A stretch of DNA of 63,337 nucleotides, counting the filler, from Octopus bimaculoides (taxonomy: Eukaryota), in NCBI RefSeq assembly GCF_001194135.2. It is 4 parts of 4 records of this genome, joined end to end, with 100 filler letters (N's around TTAATTAATTAA, not from the genome) between each part and the next. Parts side by side here need not be neighbours in the genome. Positions count along the whole stretch, not along the records: positions 1 to 17,761 come from NC_068996.1; 3 more parts are not named here. One strand, written 5' to 3'. Positions 1 to 11,431 of the stretch are shown here, piece by piece (the stretch's first letter is position 1; each line of letters starts with the position of its first letter). Position numbers and translations under genes: made by a program. Under the pieces are notes generated by a model. The model saw only the letters and a program-made list of their open reading frames with translations. It was not told the origin of the DNA and did not search any database.

Positions 1-360
1 AAAATACACCATTTTGAGCGTGGCCGTTACCAGTACCACCTGACTGGCCTTCGTAGGATTTTCGAGCGAGATCGTTGCCAGTGCCCCTGGACTGGCTCTT
101 GTGCAGGTGGCACATAAAATACACCATTTTGAGCATGGCCGTTGCCAGTACCGCCTGACTGGCCTTCATGCGGGTGACACGTAAAAGCACCCACTACACT
201 CTCTGAGTGGTTGGCGTTAGGAAGGGCATCCAGCTGTAGAAACTCTGCCAAATCAGATTGGAGCCTGGTGTTGCTATCCGGTTTCACCAGTCCTCAGTCA
301 AATCGTCCAACCCATGCTAGCCTGGAAAGCGGACGTTAAAATATGATAATGATGATGATA
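1..360 (+). mobile_element. 3' UTR/tail of RTE-type LINE (or SINE sharing it), with internal ~60-bp modules and (GAT)n end
   Basis: Same sequence (ggttggcgttaggaagggcatccagctgtag...ccaacccatgctagc..ggaaa.cggacgttaaa..gatgatgat) follows the RTE ORF end at 12170-12655. Confidence 0.85.
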
Positions 361-370
361 TATATATAAT

Positions 371-533
371 GGGCTTCTTTCAGGTTCTGTCTGCCAAATC
401 TAGTCACAAGGCTTTAGTCAGCCCATGGCTATTGTAAAAGACACTTGCCCAAGGTGCCATGCAGTGGGGACTGAATCCAGAACCATGTGGTTGGGAAGCA
501 AGCTTCTTACCACATAGCCACTCCTGTGCCTAT
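371..533 (-). mobile_element. tRNA-derived SINE, 5' half (family B)
   Basis: Reverse complement reads ggagtggctatgtggtaagaagcttgcttcccaaccacatggttctggattcagtcccc (A/B-box-like); many homologous copies in the window. Confidence 0.8.
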
Positions 534-1532
534 GTGGAAAATCTTTCTGCTGCACTTGTAGATGTTGTCAAATGTCGAATTAGGTACTTCACTTTTGATA
601 AGCACAGTGTCATTCTAAATCTTGAGTTGTTCTACTCCATCAAAATACAATTTGTAATTGAATCTAAATAACTAATGCATAAATGAATAATTGACGAGGA
701 AGGCTTACTTGTTAAGAAGATAAGAAGAGAAAAAAAATTATCTTTAAATGAATAACTGGAATTTCTTAAAAGATATGTGAAAATTTTTATAAGAAAGCAG
801 AAAATAAGGTAAGTCTTACAAATGAAAGCAGTAACTGTGTGAACAGTTGCATGAAAGATAGACGAATATAAAGGGGGGAAAAAATGAAGCTGCATTAACT
901 GCAGGCATGCAAACAACAAGGAATAGAAGCAACATCAAGATTGGAATGGTTTGTAATTTGTCTTTGTGAGATTGTAACCAAAAAACGAAATCCTCTGAGC
1001 ACCATTACTATTAAAAGGAAAGCTTTAAGTATTTTTATCTGCTAGTTTTTTTGGAGTAGTCATTATCATGTCTACTTAACATGCAAAAGGTTGTGAGTTG
1101 GAAACTCATGAAAAATTTTTTTCTCCTGGAATGGATGCAGGCCAATGGCTGAAACAAATAAAAGAATAAAGAACATAAACAAAATTTAATGAAGGAAGAT
1201 AATATTGTAGTTGGAATAAAGGAAAGTTTTTGCTGCTAATTCTGTTTGGTTTTTACTGATTCAAAACTCATGCAAGGACTTACAAGGGTCATATAACAGT
1301 TGAAGCTGCAAGAGAAGAGCAAAATCTGACAGAAAAATATCTGTTTTCGAAATACCTCAAAGAAAGAAAAATTGTCACCTGAATTTAAAGGTTCAAAGGA
1401 TCTTTTAATACTTCTAGTGCTGAAAGTGGCATTAAGTCAAAATCTATGATTTCTGAAAGCTCTTAAAGGATATATCCAAAGATCTCTTTTAATGTTTTGG
1501 CATTATAACAAGAAAACATAGGTAACCAAAAT

Positions 1533-1917
1533 TGTTCTTGGCACTCCGTCGCTTACAACGTCGAGGGCTCCAGTTGATTCAATCAACGGAACAGCCTGCT
1601 CGTGAAATTAATGTGCAAGTGGCTGAGCACTCAACAGACACGTGTACCCTTAACGTAGTTCTCGGGGATATTCAGCGTGACACAGTGTGACAAGGCTGAC
1701 CCTTTGAATTACAGGCACAACAGAAACAGGAAGTAAGAGTGAGAGAAAGTTGTGGTGGAAGAGTACAGTAGGGTTTGCCACCATCCCCTGCCGGAGCCTC
1801 GTGGAGCTTTAGGTGTTTTCACTCAATAAACACTCACAACGCCCAGTCTGGGAATCGAAACTGCGATCCTATGACCGCGAGTCCGCAGCCCTAACCACTA
1901 GGCCATTGCGCCTCCAC
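1533..1917 (-). mobile_element. Apparently full-length tRNA-derived SINE (family C), ~385 bp
   Basis: Minus-strand head gtggaggcgcaatggcctagtggttagggctgcggactcgcggtcataggatcgcagtttcgattccc with A box (tggcctagtgg) and B-box-like gtttcgattcc. Confidence 0.8.
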
Positions 1918-2684
1918 AGTAACCAAAATACCATTATACTATTGGTATTCAGCTTGTTTTTATCCAAATGTCATTATGTTCATCCATCAGTGACTTTTGT
2001 TTAAAGTGAAGAAGAGTTATGCACCATTAACCACACTCTCTTGACTGTGACCATCTTCAAACCACTGGTCAAGATCAGGTCAAAATGACTGAGGGGTGGA
2101 GAGGAGACAGATGGGTGGACGACCGAGATGTTTTACTTATCTCACCTTGCTCTCTACATTCCACAATGTGGTCCTGCAGCCACATTCCTCCCCATTGAAC
2201 CATGAAGGTTCCTTCAGCAAATTCCACCGAATTGAATCTTCACATGCATGAGTAGACAAGCCCTAATATGCTAACTAACCCACAGCTAGGACCCTAATAT
2301 GTGCTATTACTCCGGATCAAAGAAGATCAGGAAACAATAGTGATAAAGAAGTGATTCCATACTCTTCAAAACTCTGGAACTCCCAAACCAGGATTCCACA
2401 GGCAGATGCAGTTTAAAGTCATACCTAGGACTCCAAATCTAAACATGAATCATCAGACATCTTATTTCATATTTTATTAAATTTTGACAATGTTCATTAT
2501 TATGCCATTGCATTTTGTGACTCGTGCAAAAGCGCTATGCAAATGTAATATTTTGCTCTTGGATATGACATTTCTTTTCCAGCTTATGAAGAAGAGGCAA
2601 TTGCTTTTAAGATTTATTTTTTTAAGAAGAACTATTACATAATAAATTAAAGTTACAACAGGAAAAATTGCAGTCTAATTGGTA

Positions 2685-2882
2685 AAATTTTAGAATCAGT
2701 TTAATATAAATTTTAGAATCAGTTTAATATAAAATTTTAGAATCAGTTTAATATATATAACATATCAGTTTAATATAATCTTAGAATCAGTTTAATATAT
2801 AGAATCAGTTTAATATAAAGTTTTAGAATCAGTTTAATATAAATTTTAGAATCAGTTTAATATAGAATACAATTTAATATAT
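2685..2882. repeat. Tandem repeat, ~19-24-bp unit (ttttagaatcagtttaatataaa), about 9 copies
   Basis: Directly visible repeated agaatcagtttaata core. Confidence 0.9.
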
Positions 2883-3508
2883 ACATAAATCATGAGATGG
2901 GATGACAGTTAGGAAAATGAAAATGTTTTGGAAATATATCTTATTATAAAAATGATGAGCAATATTACCCATGGGAATTAGATGGTCATTTTGGAAACTG
3001 AAAAATGGTTGGAAGTTTGTAGAGAATAAGAAATATTTATTTTGTTTTGCATTTGGTTTGCAATGTTCTTGATGTGAACTCATATGTTGAGACATGTTTT
3101 GCTGTGTCTTGGAAGGAACATTATACCAATAATAAACACATGCACTGGTTCTATATCTTTTCTTTATTTGTATCAGCTGAAGATTAACCATTTAACCAAT
3201 TAACTAATCAACTGTTTGATTAGTCATTCAGCTAGTTTTTCAAAAGTCCTTTTCTTGTCTTTTGTGACCACATCAATGACATACCCTGTTTATTCCAGGT
3301 CTGCTTCAGATCTGTCTGTCTCATTCCTATTATTATAACTGGCATAATGATCCTCCTGAGATACAACATAGTGAAATATATATTATCATTTTAAATTATA
3401 TTTTGTGCAAAGCATTTGATTCTTTACATGGTGTACAAGTTCACGCATATAGTATTAAATGTGCAATATTAAGAAACATCTCAATATCTACTGAGAGTTG
3501 TTATCGAT

Positions 3509-3898
3509 TATTACCCCTGCCTTAGCAAAGGCGAAGGTATTGTTGTCAGTCATATTTGTTCATTTATCTGTGGACAAGATATCTCAAGAACCACAGGACG
3601 GATTTGGATGAAACTTTCAGGGATTTTTGGCCTTGTGACTGTCATGAACTGATTGGATTTTGGGATTGATCCAGTTATAGACAAGGATTCTGGATTACTT
3701 TTCTTTTTTTTTTTACTTAATTTTTGAGAGTGGTCGGGTTCATTTTTAGTTTCATTTTCATTTAGGTTCATTCTCATTTGTGGGGACAGTCGAGTTTATT
3801 TCAGATATTCTCATTTTAAAAGTAATCTCTGGCTAATCGTTGAGAGGACGTTGGTGTTGCCTTGGCAGAGGCTTGCGCTCTCTGAGTGCTCTTGTTTT
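3509..3898 (+). mobile_element. Helentron-associated non-autonomous element (HINE/DINE-1-like)
   Basis: 5' tattacccctgccttagcaaaggcgaaggtatt (hairpin gcctt-agca-aaggc); body ggacggatttggatgaaacttt...gattggattttgggattgatcc; 3' sub-terminal ccttggcagagg, hairpin gcgctc-tct-gagtgc, then T-run. Confidence 0.75.
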
Positions 3899-4142
3899 TC
3901 ACTTTATTTCAAGAACTAAATAACTTCAACTACGGAATAAAATTGAAAACAGTATCTATATTATTATTCTGCAACTGTACAATTATTTTGGTAAAATTTC
4001 AGCAAATCTCAACATGTTGTATTTCATCTTTAATTTCATGCCAGGGAAAAGATTATATGGATAGATTTGAACTCAAAGTTCCTGTGAATAAAGTACAGTT
4101 GTTGCTTTACTGAGCCATGTATTGCAAGAAAAATATGTATTA

Positions 4143-4639
4143 GTAATCACAGAGATGTGAATCCGAGTCTCATGGCTGGCCAGTAACGTATTTTTCTCCA
4201 ATGTATGGATAATTTATCCTGATCACGCTATTTATAGCATTATCATGTGTTTGAGAAATAAATTTATTTCTGTTCTTACAATACATCTCAACGCTTCTAA
4301 AAAAAAAAACAACTTTGTTTGTTTACTTTCATCGTAAAGTTGAATTTAACGTTAGCGTCTTATGAAGCTAAATTTACAAGTTCTAAAATTGTAGAAGAAT
4401 TTGTTGCTGGGCAGTTTGGTTTAATGGTAAAACACTTGAAATGTAATCACAGAGATGTGAGTTCGAGTCTCATGGCTGGCCAGTAACGTATTTTTCTGCA
4501 ATATATGGATAATTTATCCTGATTACGCTATTTATAGCATTATCACGCGTTTGAGAAATAAATTTATTTCTGTATTTTACAATACATCTCAACGCTTCTA
4601 AAAAAAAACAAAACAAACAAACTTTGTTTACTTTCTTCG

Positions 4640-4641
<2 letters not shown>
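4143..4641 (+). repeat. Direct duplication of ~195 bp (4143-4337 and 4443-4641), period 300 bp
   Basis: gtaatcacagagatgtga...ggctggccagtaacgtatttttct...caacgcttctaaaaaaaaa...gtttactttc present twice. Confidence 0.9.
4409..4482 (+). tRNA. tRNA-like sequence (pseudo-tRNA or SINE head); anticodon arm imperfect, identity uncertain
   Basis: Acceptor GGGCAGT/GCTGGCC (1 mismatch), D stem GTTT/AAAC with loop AATGGTA, T arm GTGAG-TTCGAGT-CTCAT. Confidence 0.55.
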
Positions 4642-4716
<75 letters not shown>

Positions 4717-5603
4717 ATGGATTTCCATAACACAGTTTCCATCTCTCAAATTTACTCACAGGTCTTTAGTTGGTACAGGACTACAGTTGAAGACACTTGC
4801 AGAAGATATCATGCAGTGGAACTAAACTGAAACTGCATTACTGCATATTGAGCTTCTTCACTACATAACCATGGCTGTGGTTGCATTGTTGTTCTTCAGA
4901 AAGGTCTGGAATTCCAATTATCGGTTTCATTTAGATTGCTTCTTGTTAGAGTGTTTATCAGGTCAGCTGATAATGAAATTCGGCTAATTGGTTGAACAAG
5001 CAACAAGTTTGTTAATTGCATGATCAGCCTATATAGGATGTATAGAAATGGTTACAGGAAGCTGAATATTTTATACTCTGTGCTCCTACTTGCACCTTTG
5101 TTAAAGAAGCATTTGTGGAGAGTAATCATCGCTAGCAATTAGTGGTGGATATCTTTCTTATAAAAACTGTTACAATGAAAATTATAGAACACAACAACAG
5201 CAAATTAATGACAAAGAACACCAGATTAAAAGGGAAGTTAATCAGTAGATTATAAAAAAGTGATGAAAAACAGATGACTCTGATGCCAAATTGTGACAAT
5301 TTTTATAATGAGAAATAATATTTCTTTGTTTCATTCTCTCTTTATTTCATTCTTGCTTTTGTTCATTCTTGCTTTCTTTCATTCTTTCGTCCTTTCTTTC
5401 ATTTTTTTGTTCTTTTGTCCTTTCTTTCTTTCTGTCTTTCATTCTTTCTTTCATGCTTTTGTTCTTTCTTTCATTCTTTCGTTTTCTTTCATTCTTTTGT
5501 CCTTTCATTCTTTTGTTCATTTTTTGTTCTTTCAGTCTTTTGTTCATTCATTCTTTCTTTCTTTCATTCTTCCGTTCTTTTGTCCTTTCATTCTTTTTTT
5601 CTT

Positions 5604-5748
5604 TATTTACGTTATTTACATTCGACAGATATTTGTCCTCATCTTGTTTGTTGTTAACACAATGTTTCAGCTGATATACCCTCCAGCCTTCTTCAGGTGT
5701 CTTGGGGAAATTTCGAACCTGGGTTCTCATTGCTAAGGTAGTTTTCGA

Positions 5749-5787
<39 letters not shown>

Positions 5788-5868
5788 CATTCAGGTCACT
5801 GCTTGGAATTGAACTTAGAATCTTGGGGTTAGTAGCCAGTGCTCTTAACCACTATGCCACATGCCCAT
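5604..5868 (-). mobile_element. tRNA-headed element with (AAT)n spacer and Penelope-type hammerhead tail (family E)
   Basis: Minus strand: gggcatgtggcatagtggttaagagc...gttcaattccaagcagtgacctgaatgat(aat)n...gacacctgaagaaggctg...cagctgaaacattgtgttaacaacaaacaagatgaggac; homologous to 14055-14315 and 37570-37794. Confidence 0.8.
5656..5701 (-). ncRNA. Minimal type I hammerhead ribozyme motif (best-preserved copy)
   Basis: GACAC CUGAAGA A GGCUG-gaggguauau-CAGCU GAAA CA U U GUGUU: helix I GACAC/GUGUU, 5-bp helix II, full CUGANGA and GAAA boxes; helix III palindrome is ACAU here but ACGU in the 14195 and 37700 copies. Confidence 0.65.
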
Positions 5869-6369
5869 AGGCATATGGAGTAGTGGTTTCTTTTGTTCTT
5901 TCTTTCATTCTTTTGTTTTCATTCTTTTGTTCTTTCTTTCATTCTTTCTTTCATTCTTTCATTCATTCTTTCATCCTTTCGTTCCTTCTTTCTTTCTTTC
6001 GTTCTTTAGTCCTTTCATTCTTTCTTTCATTCTTTTGTCTTTCACTCTTTCTTTCTTTCATTCTTTTGCACTTTCATTCATTCTTTCTTTCATTGTCTTG
6101 TTCTTTCTTTCGTTCTTTCATTCTTTTGTTCTCTCTTTCATTCTTTCTATCATTCTTTTTCATTCTTTCATTGCTCCATTCTTTCCTTTTTTGTTTCATT
6201 CTTTTGTCCTTTCATTTTTTCATTCATTCTTTTGTTCATTCTTTTGTCCTTTCATTCTTTCTTTCATTTTTCCTTCTTTCTTTCTTTCATTCTTTCCTTT
6301 TTTAAATTCATTGCATGCATGAATGTGAACAATTTCATTTCATGCTTGTATTCTTGTACATATATGTTT

Positions 6370-6640
6370 GGCTAAATGGTTAAGAAATTTGCTTCTCAAG
6401 TATATCAATTTCAGGTTCAGTCCCCCTGCATGGCACCTTGGTCTTCTACTATAGCACCAAGCCAACAAATGCCTTGTCAGTGAATTTGGTAGACAGAAAC
6501 TGGATGTAAGCCCGTCATATGTCTGTATGAGTATGTAGGTGTGTGTGTCTATTTGTTTTCCACTATAATCTCATTGGTTTGTTTATGTTTTTGTAACTTA
6601 CCAGTTCCATAAAAGAACCTGATAGAACTTCTGTTGATAA
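6370..6640 (+). mobile_element. Degraded SINE (family B head, TG microsatellite, start of family D tail)
   Basis: ggctaaatggttaagaaatttgcttctc...ggttcagtccccctgcatggcaccttgg...gaatttggtagacagaaactg. Confidence 0.65.
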
Positions 6641-7254
6641 ATGATACACATATACAGTAATCCCTTGACTATCGTGGGTGTTATGTTACAAAACACACTG
6701 CAATAGGTGAAAATCTGTGAAGTAGAAATGGCACTGTACTGTATATTTTTTTAAAATTATTTTTATAATTTGTTTATATTTATTTTATCATAAATGCAAA
6801 ACAACACCACACACTCGTCTCCCCAGTTTCGTTTTTCATACAGTATGTGTGATTCTTTGCTTACTCATCTATAGTACACTATGTATTTTCTTTTACGATA
6901 TTCTAATTGATGCATTATACAGTGCAGTACATACAGTACTGCATTTTTATTAATTAATTAATTAATTTTTTGGTGTGAAAATGCTTATTTTAACACTCAA
7001 ACAATTGAAATTTTAAAGAATATAAATACCTATTGGCTGCAGAAACCCATGATATACTGAGGCGTCCATAATATAAATTTACATATATTAGCCAGAAAAA
7101 TCTGCGATATACTGAGGGTGCGATAGGTGAACCGCAATATGACAAGTGATTGCTGTATAAAGTATTTAGGTTAAATTTGACAGTTTGCATAAAAGAAAAC
7201 AAAAGCACAATAGCCATTCCAAAAATAAAATTATTTTAAGATATCAAAAAATAT

Positions 7255-7800
7255 CAAATTGAAATCGAATTCGAAATCGAACTAAATTCGACAACTGGCA
7301 CCCATGCCAACCTTCCTTCATTGGACACTAAACTCTGCTTGCAAAGACCTGTTGGGGCAAGTGAAATTGAAACTGAACCAAATTCGATGACTGGCACCTG
7401 TGCCAGTGGAGCGCTAACAGCACCATCTGAGCATGATCGCTGCCAGAGCAGCTGTGTGGCTTCCGTGCCAGTGGCACATAAAAAGCACCATTTGAGTGTG
7501 ATTGTTACCAGTGTTACCTTACTGGCACTTGTGCCGGTGGCACGTTAGAAAACATTCAAGTGAGGTCGTTGTCAGTGCCGCTGGACTGGCTCCTGTGCAT
7601 GTGGCATGTAAAAAACACCATTTGAGCATGGCCGTTACCAGTACCGCCTGACTGGCCCTCGTGCCGGTGGTACATAAAAGCACCCTCTACACTCTCGGAG
7701 TGGTTGGCATTAGGAAGGGCATCCAGCTGTAGTCAAATCGTCCAACCCATGCTAGCATGGAAAGTGGACGTTAAACGATGATGATGATGATGATGATGAT
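7255..7800 (+). mobile_element. RTE 3' UTR/tail copy with ~5 internal modules and (GAT)n end
   Basis: Matches 1-360 and 12300-12655. Confidence 0.85.
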
Positions 7801-7829
7801 CAACTAGATTATGGCTGGGAAATAACAGT

Positions 7830-8620
7830 TTACTCAAGGTAGTTGCCCTCAGCTTCTGCCATAACTTCAAGATGGCTCTGGAATCTGGTGCATGTATTTC
7901 TTACTGCCTCTCTGGGAAGATCTTTGATCACTTCCTTCAGCTCAGCCTTGGTGTTACAGGTAGAGTGGTTGGTGTCTTTCTCAACTGCACCCCACACATA
8001 GTAATCCATGTGGGAATACAACTGGAGAAATTAAGAAGCCAGAAATCGATGCTGGTGAAGTTGTTGAAATTCTTTGACAACAACTTCTGACTCTTTCCTG
8101 CGATATGGAAAGGATCTGAATCCTGCTGCCAAACATATGGCCCTCCAGCAGCAACCTTCTCCAGCCAGGGTTTCACAGCAGCCTCCAGACAGCATCACAT
8201 AACTGTCTGAATTGAGCTTCAGGCCCTGTTCAAAGCTGTGGGCTGGAATGACATCATCCTCACTGGAGACATACCCAAGGACCATCGGAGTTTGGGATAA
8301 CTTCATTTTCATCATGGTCATGTCATGTCTTACAGTGTTCACGGAACATTCAGTAGCAGTCATGATGTTAGTAGTTTCCTACGTGGCATGAATCATCTTG
8401 ATGCAGGTAACTCTTTTCCAATATTCAGATGGCTTGCTGTCCTCCATGTCAGCTAACTTTTCCTCAACTACAAATGTAATGCTTATGCTCTTCAACACCA
8501 TTGACTGTTCACCAATGCATCAAGTAGTTCCTGCAAAAAAAAGGAGACACAAAAATCATCAAATTTAGCTCAAAAACCCCGTGTGTGTGTGTGTATCAAA
8601 TTAGCAACAGGATATCCAGA
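7830..8620 (-). pseudogene. Tc1/mariner-superfamily transposase relic with DD37D (maT-like) spacing
   Basis: Minus ORFs give MVLGYVSSEDDVIPAHSFEQGLKLNSD, YVWQQDSDPFH...FWLLNFSSCIP and MDYYVWGAVEKDTN...RFQSHLEVMAEAEGNYLE; 37 residues between the QQD and MDY aspartates after correcting a 2-nt frameshift. Confidence 0.85.
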
Positions 8621-8769
8621 GGTGATGCAGTATGACTGTTTCAAGTGGCTCCATTTAATTGATTTAATTAATTTATTTTGATTTTATTCACCTTATTTTG
8701 AGTTGTATGGATAATACTGCACTAATCTTTGGTACTTCAACTTAAGTACCTAATTTAACTGAATCTCGG

Positions 8770-8828
<59 letters not shown>

Positions 8829-8834
8829 TGTATA

Positions 8835-8885
<51 letters not shown>

Positions 8886-9390
8886 TTAGGGAAAAGAATA
8901 CTGAATATTTTATTATTTTGATCTTATGATATTTACTTTGTATTATATTATACTTATTTATTGTACTTTTAATTATAAATTTTTTCTATATGTGACAGTG
9001 GATTTTCATCGATGAGTTCATGAACCTTGCTTCTTTTCCCTAATACTATATATTTATATATATTTTATACTGTGAAACTTAATTTAATTTTAATTTTTAA
9101 TAAATTGATTTTAATTGAGTTTTTACCTGTAATTTTGGATTTTATCCCTAATATTATTATTATATATATATATATCAGTTTTATTTGGATATTAACTTTA
9201 AAGTTTACTTTTTAAGCTTATCAATTGGTACAAGTAATCAGAGTTTGATTTTTTACAAATCATATTTCTGAAACTTCATAATATCAGTAAAATTAACATA
9301 ATTATTCAGAAGGAGTGAAGAGTAAGCAAATTGCTTTATTACATAAATTTACAATTGTTTCAGTCACATGTGAACTCAAGAGTACTGCTA

Positions 9391-9478
<88 letters not shown>

Positions 9479-9491
9479 ATTATTATCATCT

Positions 9492-9660
9492 AAGGCAGCG
9501 AGCTGGCAGAATTGTTAGCATGGCAGGCAAAATACTTCATGGCATTTAGTTCATCTGTACATTCTGAGTTCAAATTCTGCCGAGGTCAACTTGGCCTTTC
9601 ATCTTTTGAGGTTGATAAATTAAGTACCAGTTGTGTACTGGAGTCAAATTTCAGTTCAAA
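9492..9660 (+). mobile_element. tRNA-derived SINE (family F), after an (ATT)n/(GTT)n tract
   Basis: aaggcagcgagctggcagaattgttagc...ttctgagttcaaattctgccgaggtcaacttggcctttcatc. Confidence 0.75.
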
Positions 9661-9929
9661 ATCTATGTCTCAAATGTCTGTTGTATCAAAGATTAATTAA
9701 AAACACAAACTATTATCTAGCCATAAAATTTATGCATTTTATAGGAACAGAAAATGGTATTATCTGCTGACTTGCTCCATTATTCTATGTTCATGCTTTT
9801 GTCTGTTCCTTATCATTTGTACTGAATGGGGTGAGGTGAAATTGTGATTTATTCTGCATTCGTTATTTTTATATTTCTTCGTTTCGTTTCACTAATGATA
9901 TGCAAATGTATTCATATAAACATATTGGC

Positions 9930-10148
9930 TACTCTTTTATTCTTTTACTTGTTTCAGTCATTTGACCGTGGCCATGCTGGAGCACCACCTTTTTAGTCGA
10001 GCAAATCGACCCCAGGACTTATTCTTTGTAAGCCTAGTACTTATTCTATCGGTCTCTTATGCCGAACCGCTAAGTTATGGGGATGTAAACACACCAGCAT
10101 CAGTTGTCAAACGATGTTAGGGGGACAAACACAGACACACACACACAG

Positions 10149-10195
<47 letters not shown>

Positions 10196-10357
10196 ATATA
10201 TGACGGGCTTCTTTCAGTTTCCATCTACGAAATCCACTCACTTTGGTCAGCCCGAGGCTATAGTAGAAGACACTTGCCTAAGGTGTCACACAGTGGGAAT
10301 GAACCCAGAACCATGTGGTTGGTAAGAAAGCTACTTACCACACAGCCACTCCTGCAC
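9930..10357 (-). mobile_element. Full-length composite SINE: family B head + internal (TA)n(TG)n + family D tail
   Basis: Tail ttttacttgtttcagtcatttgaccgtggccatgctggagcacc...ccccaggacttattctttgtaagcctagtac joined through a microsatellite to head gggcttctttcagtttcc...cttaccacacagccactcct. Confidence 0.85.
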
Positions 10358-10946
10358 TACTGGTATAAAGTCATGATAAATTCATGATAATGCCAGTTTT
10401 CTGCTGCAAATGTTTATATACAAGATTCTGATGAGCTGACATATATTGAGTAATGATACACCTTGTGTCTATAGTTGCACATACCATATACTAATCTAGC
10501 AATACTCTTGAGTATGAATGCCAGAGAAACAACTGGAAATTAATGCAATATGGGTGAGACAGTTTGACTGGAACTGGTAAACCAGATGGCTGTACCAGGC
10601 TCCAGTTGTATGCTTTGACATAGCGTCTATGGCTGAATGCACTTCCCAACACCAACTGCTTTACAGAGTGTACTGGGTGCTCTTTATGTGACACCAGATA
10701 AATAAATCAAAACAGGAAAATGCAAAATTTTGTGATATTATTTATTTGCCTTTACACATGTTTCATATGCTAATAGGAGTTACAAAAGTGTAGCTGTAGT
10801 AGCAAACATATAAGATGTCTCCTATTAGAAATTGTTCAGAAAGAGAATCAAATGAGTTGATGTTCTTCAAGAAACACAGCTTGGATTTTAATCCTATCCA
10901 CATAATGTGTGTGTGTGTATGTGTGTGTGTGTGTGTGCATGCATGC

Positions 10947-11032
<86 letters not shown>

Positions 11033-11214
11033 GTATAAGCATATGTACTCATGTTTTGAATTTTGTTTATGTTATTTATGTGTTTGTATTGTCAAACCTA
11101 TATAGATATCCATCGGAGAAGACATGGTCTGACATGGAACAAAAATATAAACTGAAATAAAAGCATTCTGTTGTGAAAATTACTTGGCACTGACAGGATA
11201 CTCAGCTATCGCTG

Positions 11215-11400
11215 ACCAAACACCATTCAATTTTTTCTCTCTGTTTTTCTCCTTGTTTTCTCCGTATTCTTTCTGTTGAAGAGCGTAACTCGAAATGTTA
11301 AAGACATTCTGTGTTCCCGAGCGTCAAACTAATACATCCTTTTGTTGTTTACACCACCTGTCCTCATCTGTTGTTGTTTTTTTTCGTACATTCTCCCATA
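11215..11400 (+). mobile_element. Short Penelope-type terminal repeat fragment with degenerate hammerhead motif (11268-11304)
   Basis: TCTTT CTGTTGA A GAG-cgtaa-CTC GAAA TG TT AAAGA; similar architecture to 33620-33870. Confidence 0.55.
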
Positions 11401-11431
11401 TATTATGTATGTGTGTATATATATATATATA

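Larger units (their letters stand above)
5325..6305. repeat. TTTC/TTCA/TTTTG low-complexity tract, interrupted by the element at 5604-5888
   Basis: Directly visible; explains the Phe/Ser/Leu-rich pseudo-ORFs. Confidence 0.9.

Noticed and set aside
5293-6322. Multiple long hydrophobic ORFs, and the IY/CV/HT-repeat ORFs elsewhere
   Set aside because: Translations of low-complexity and microsatellite DNA, or ORFs running through N gaps.
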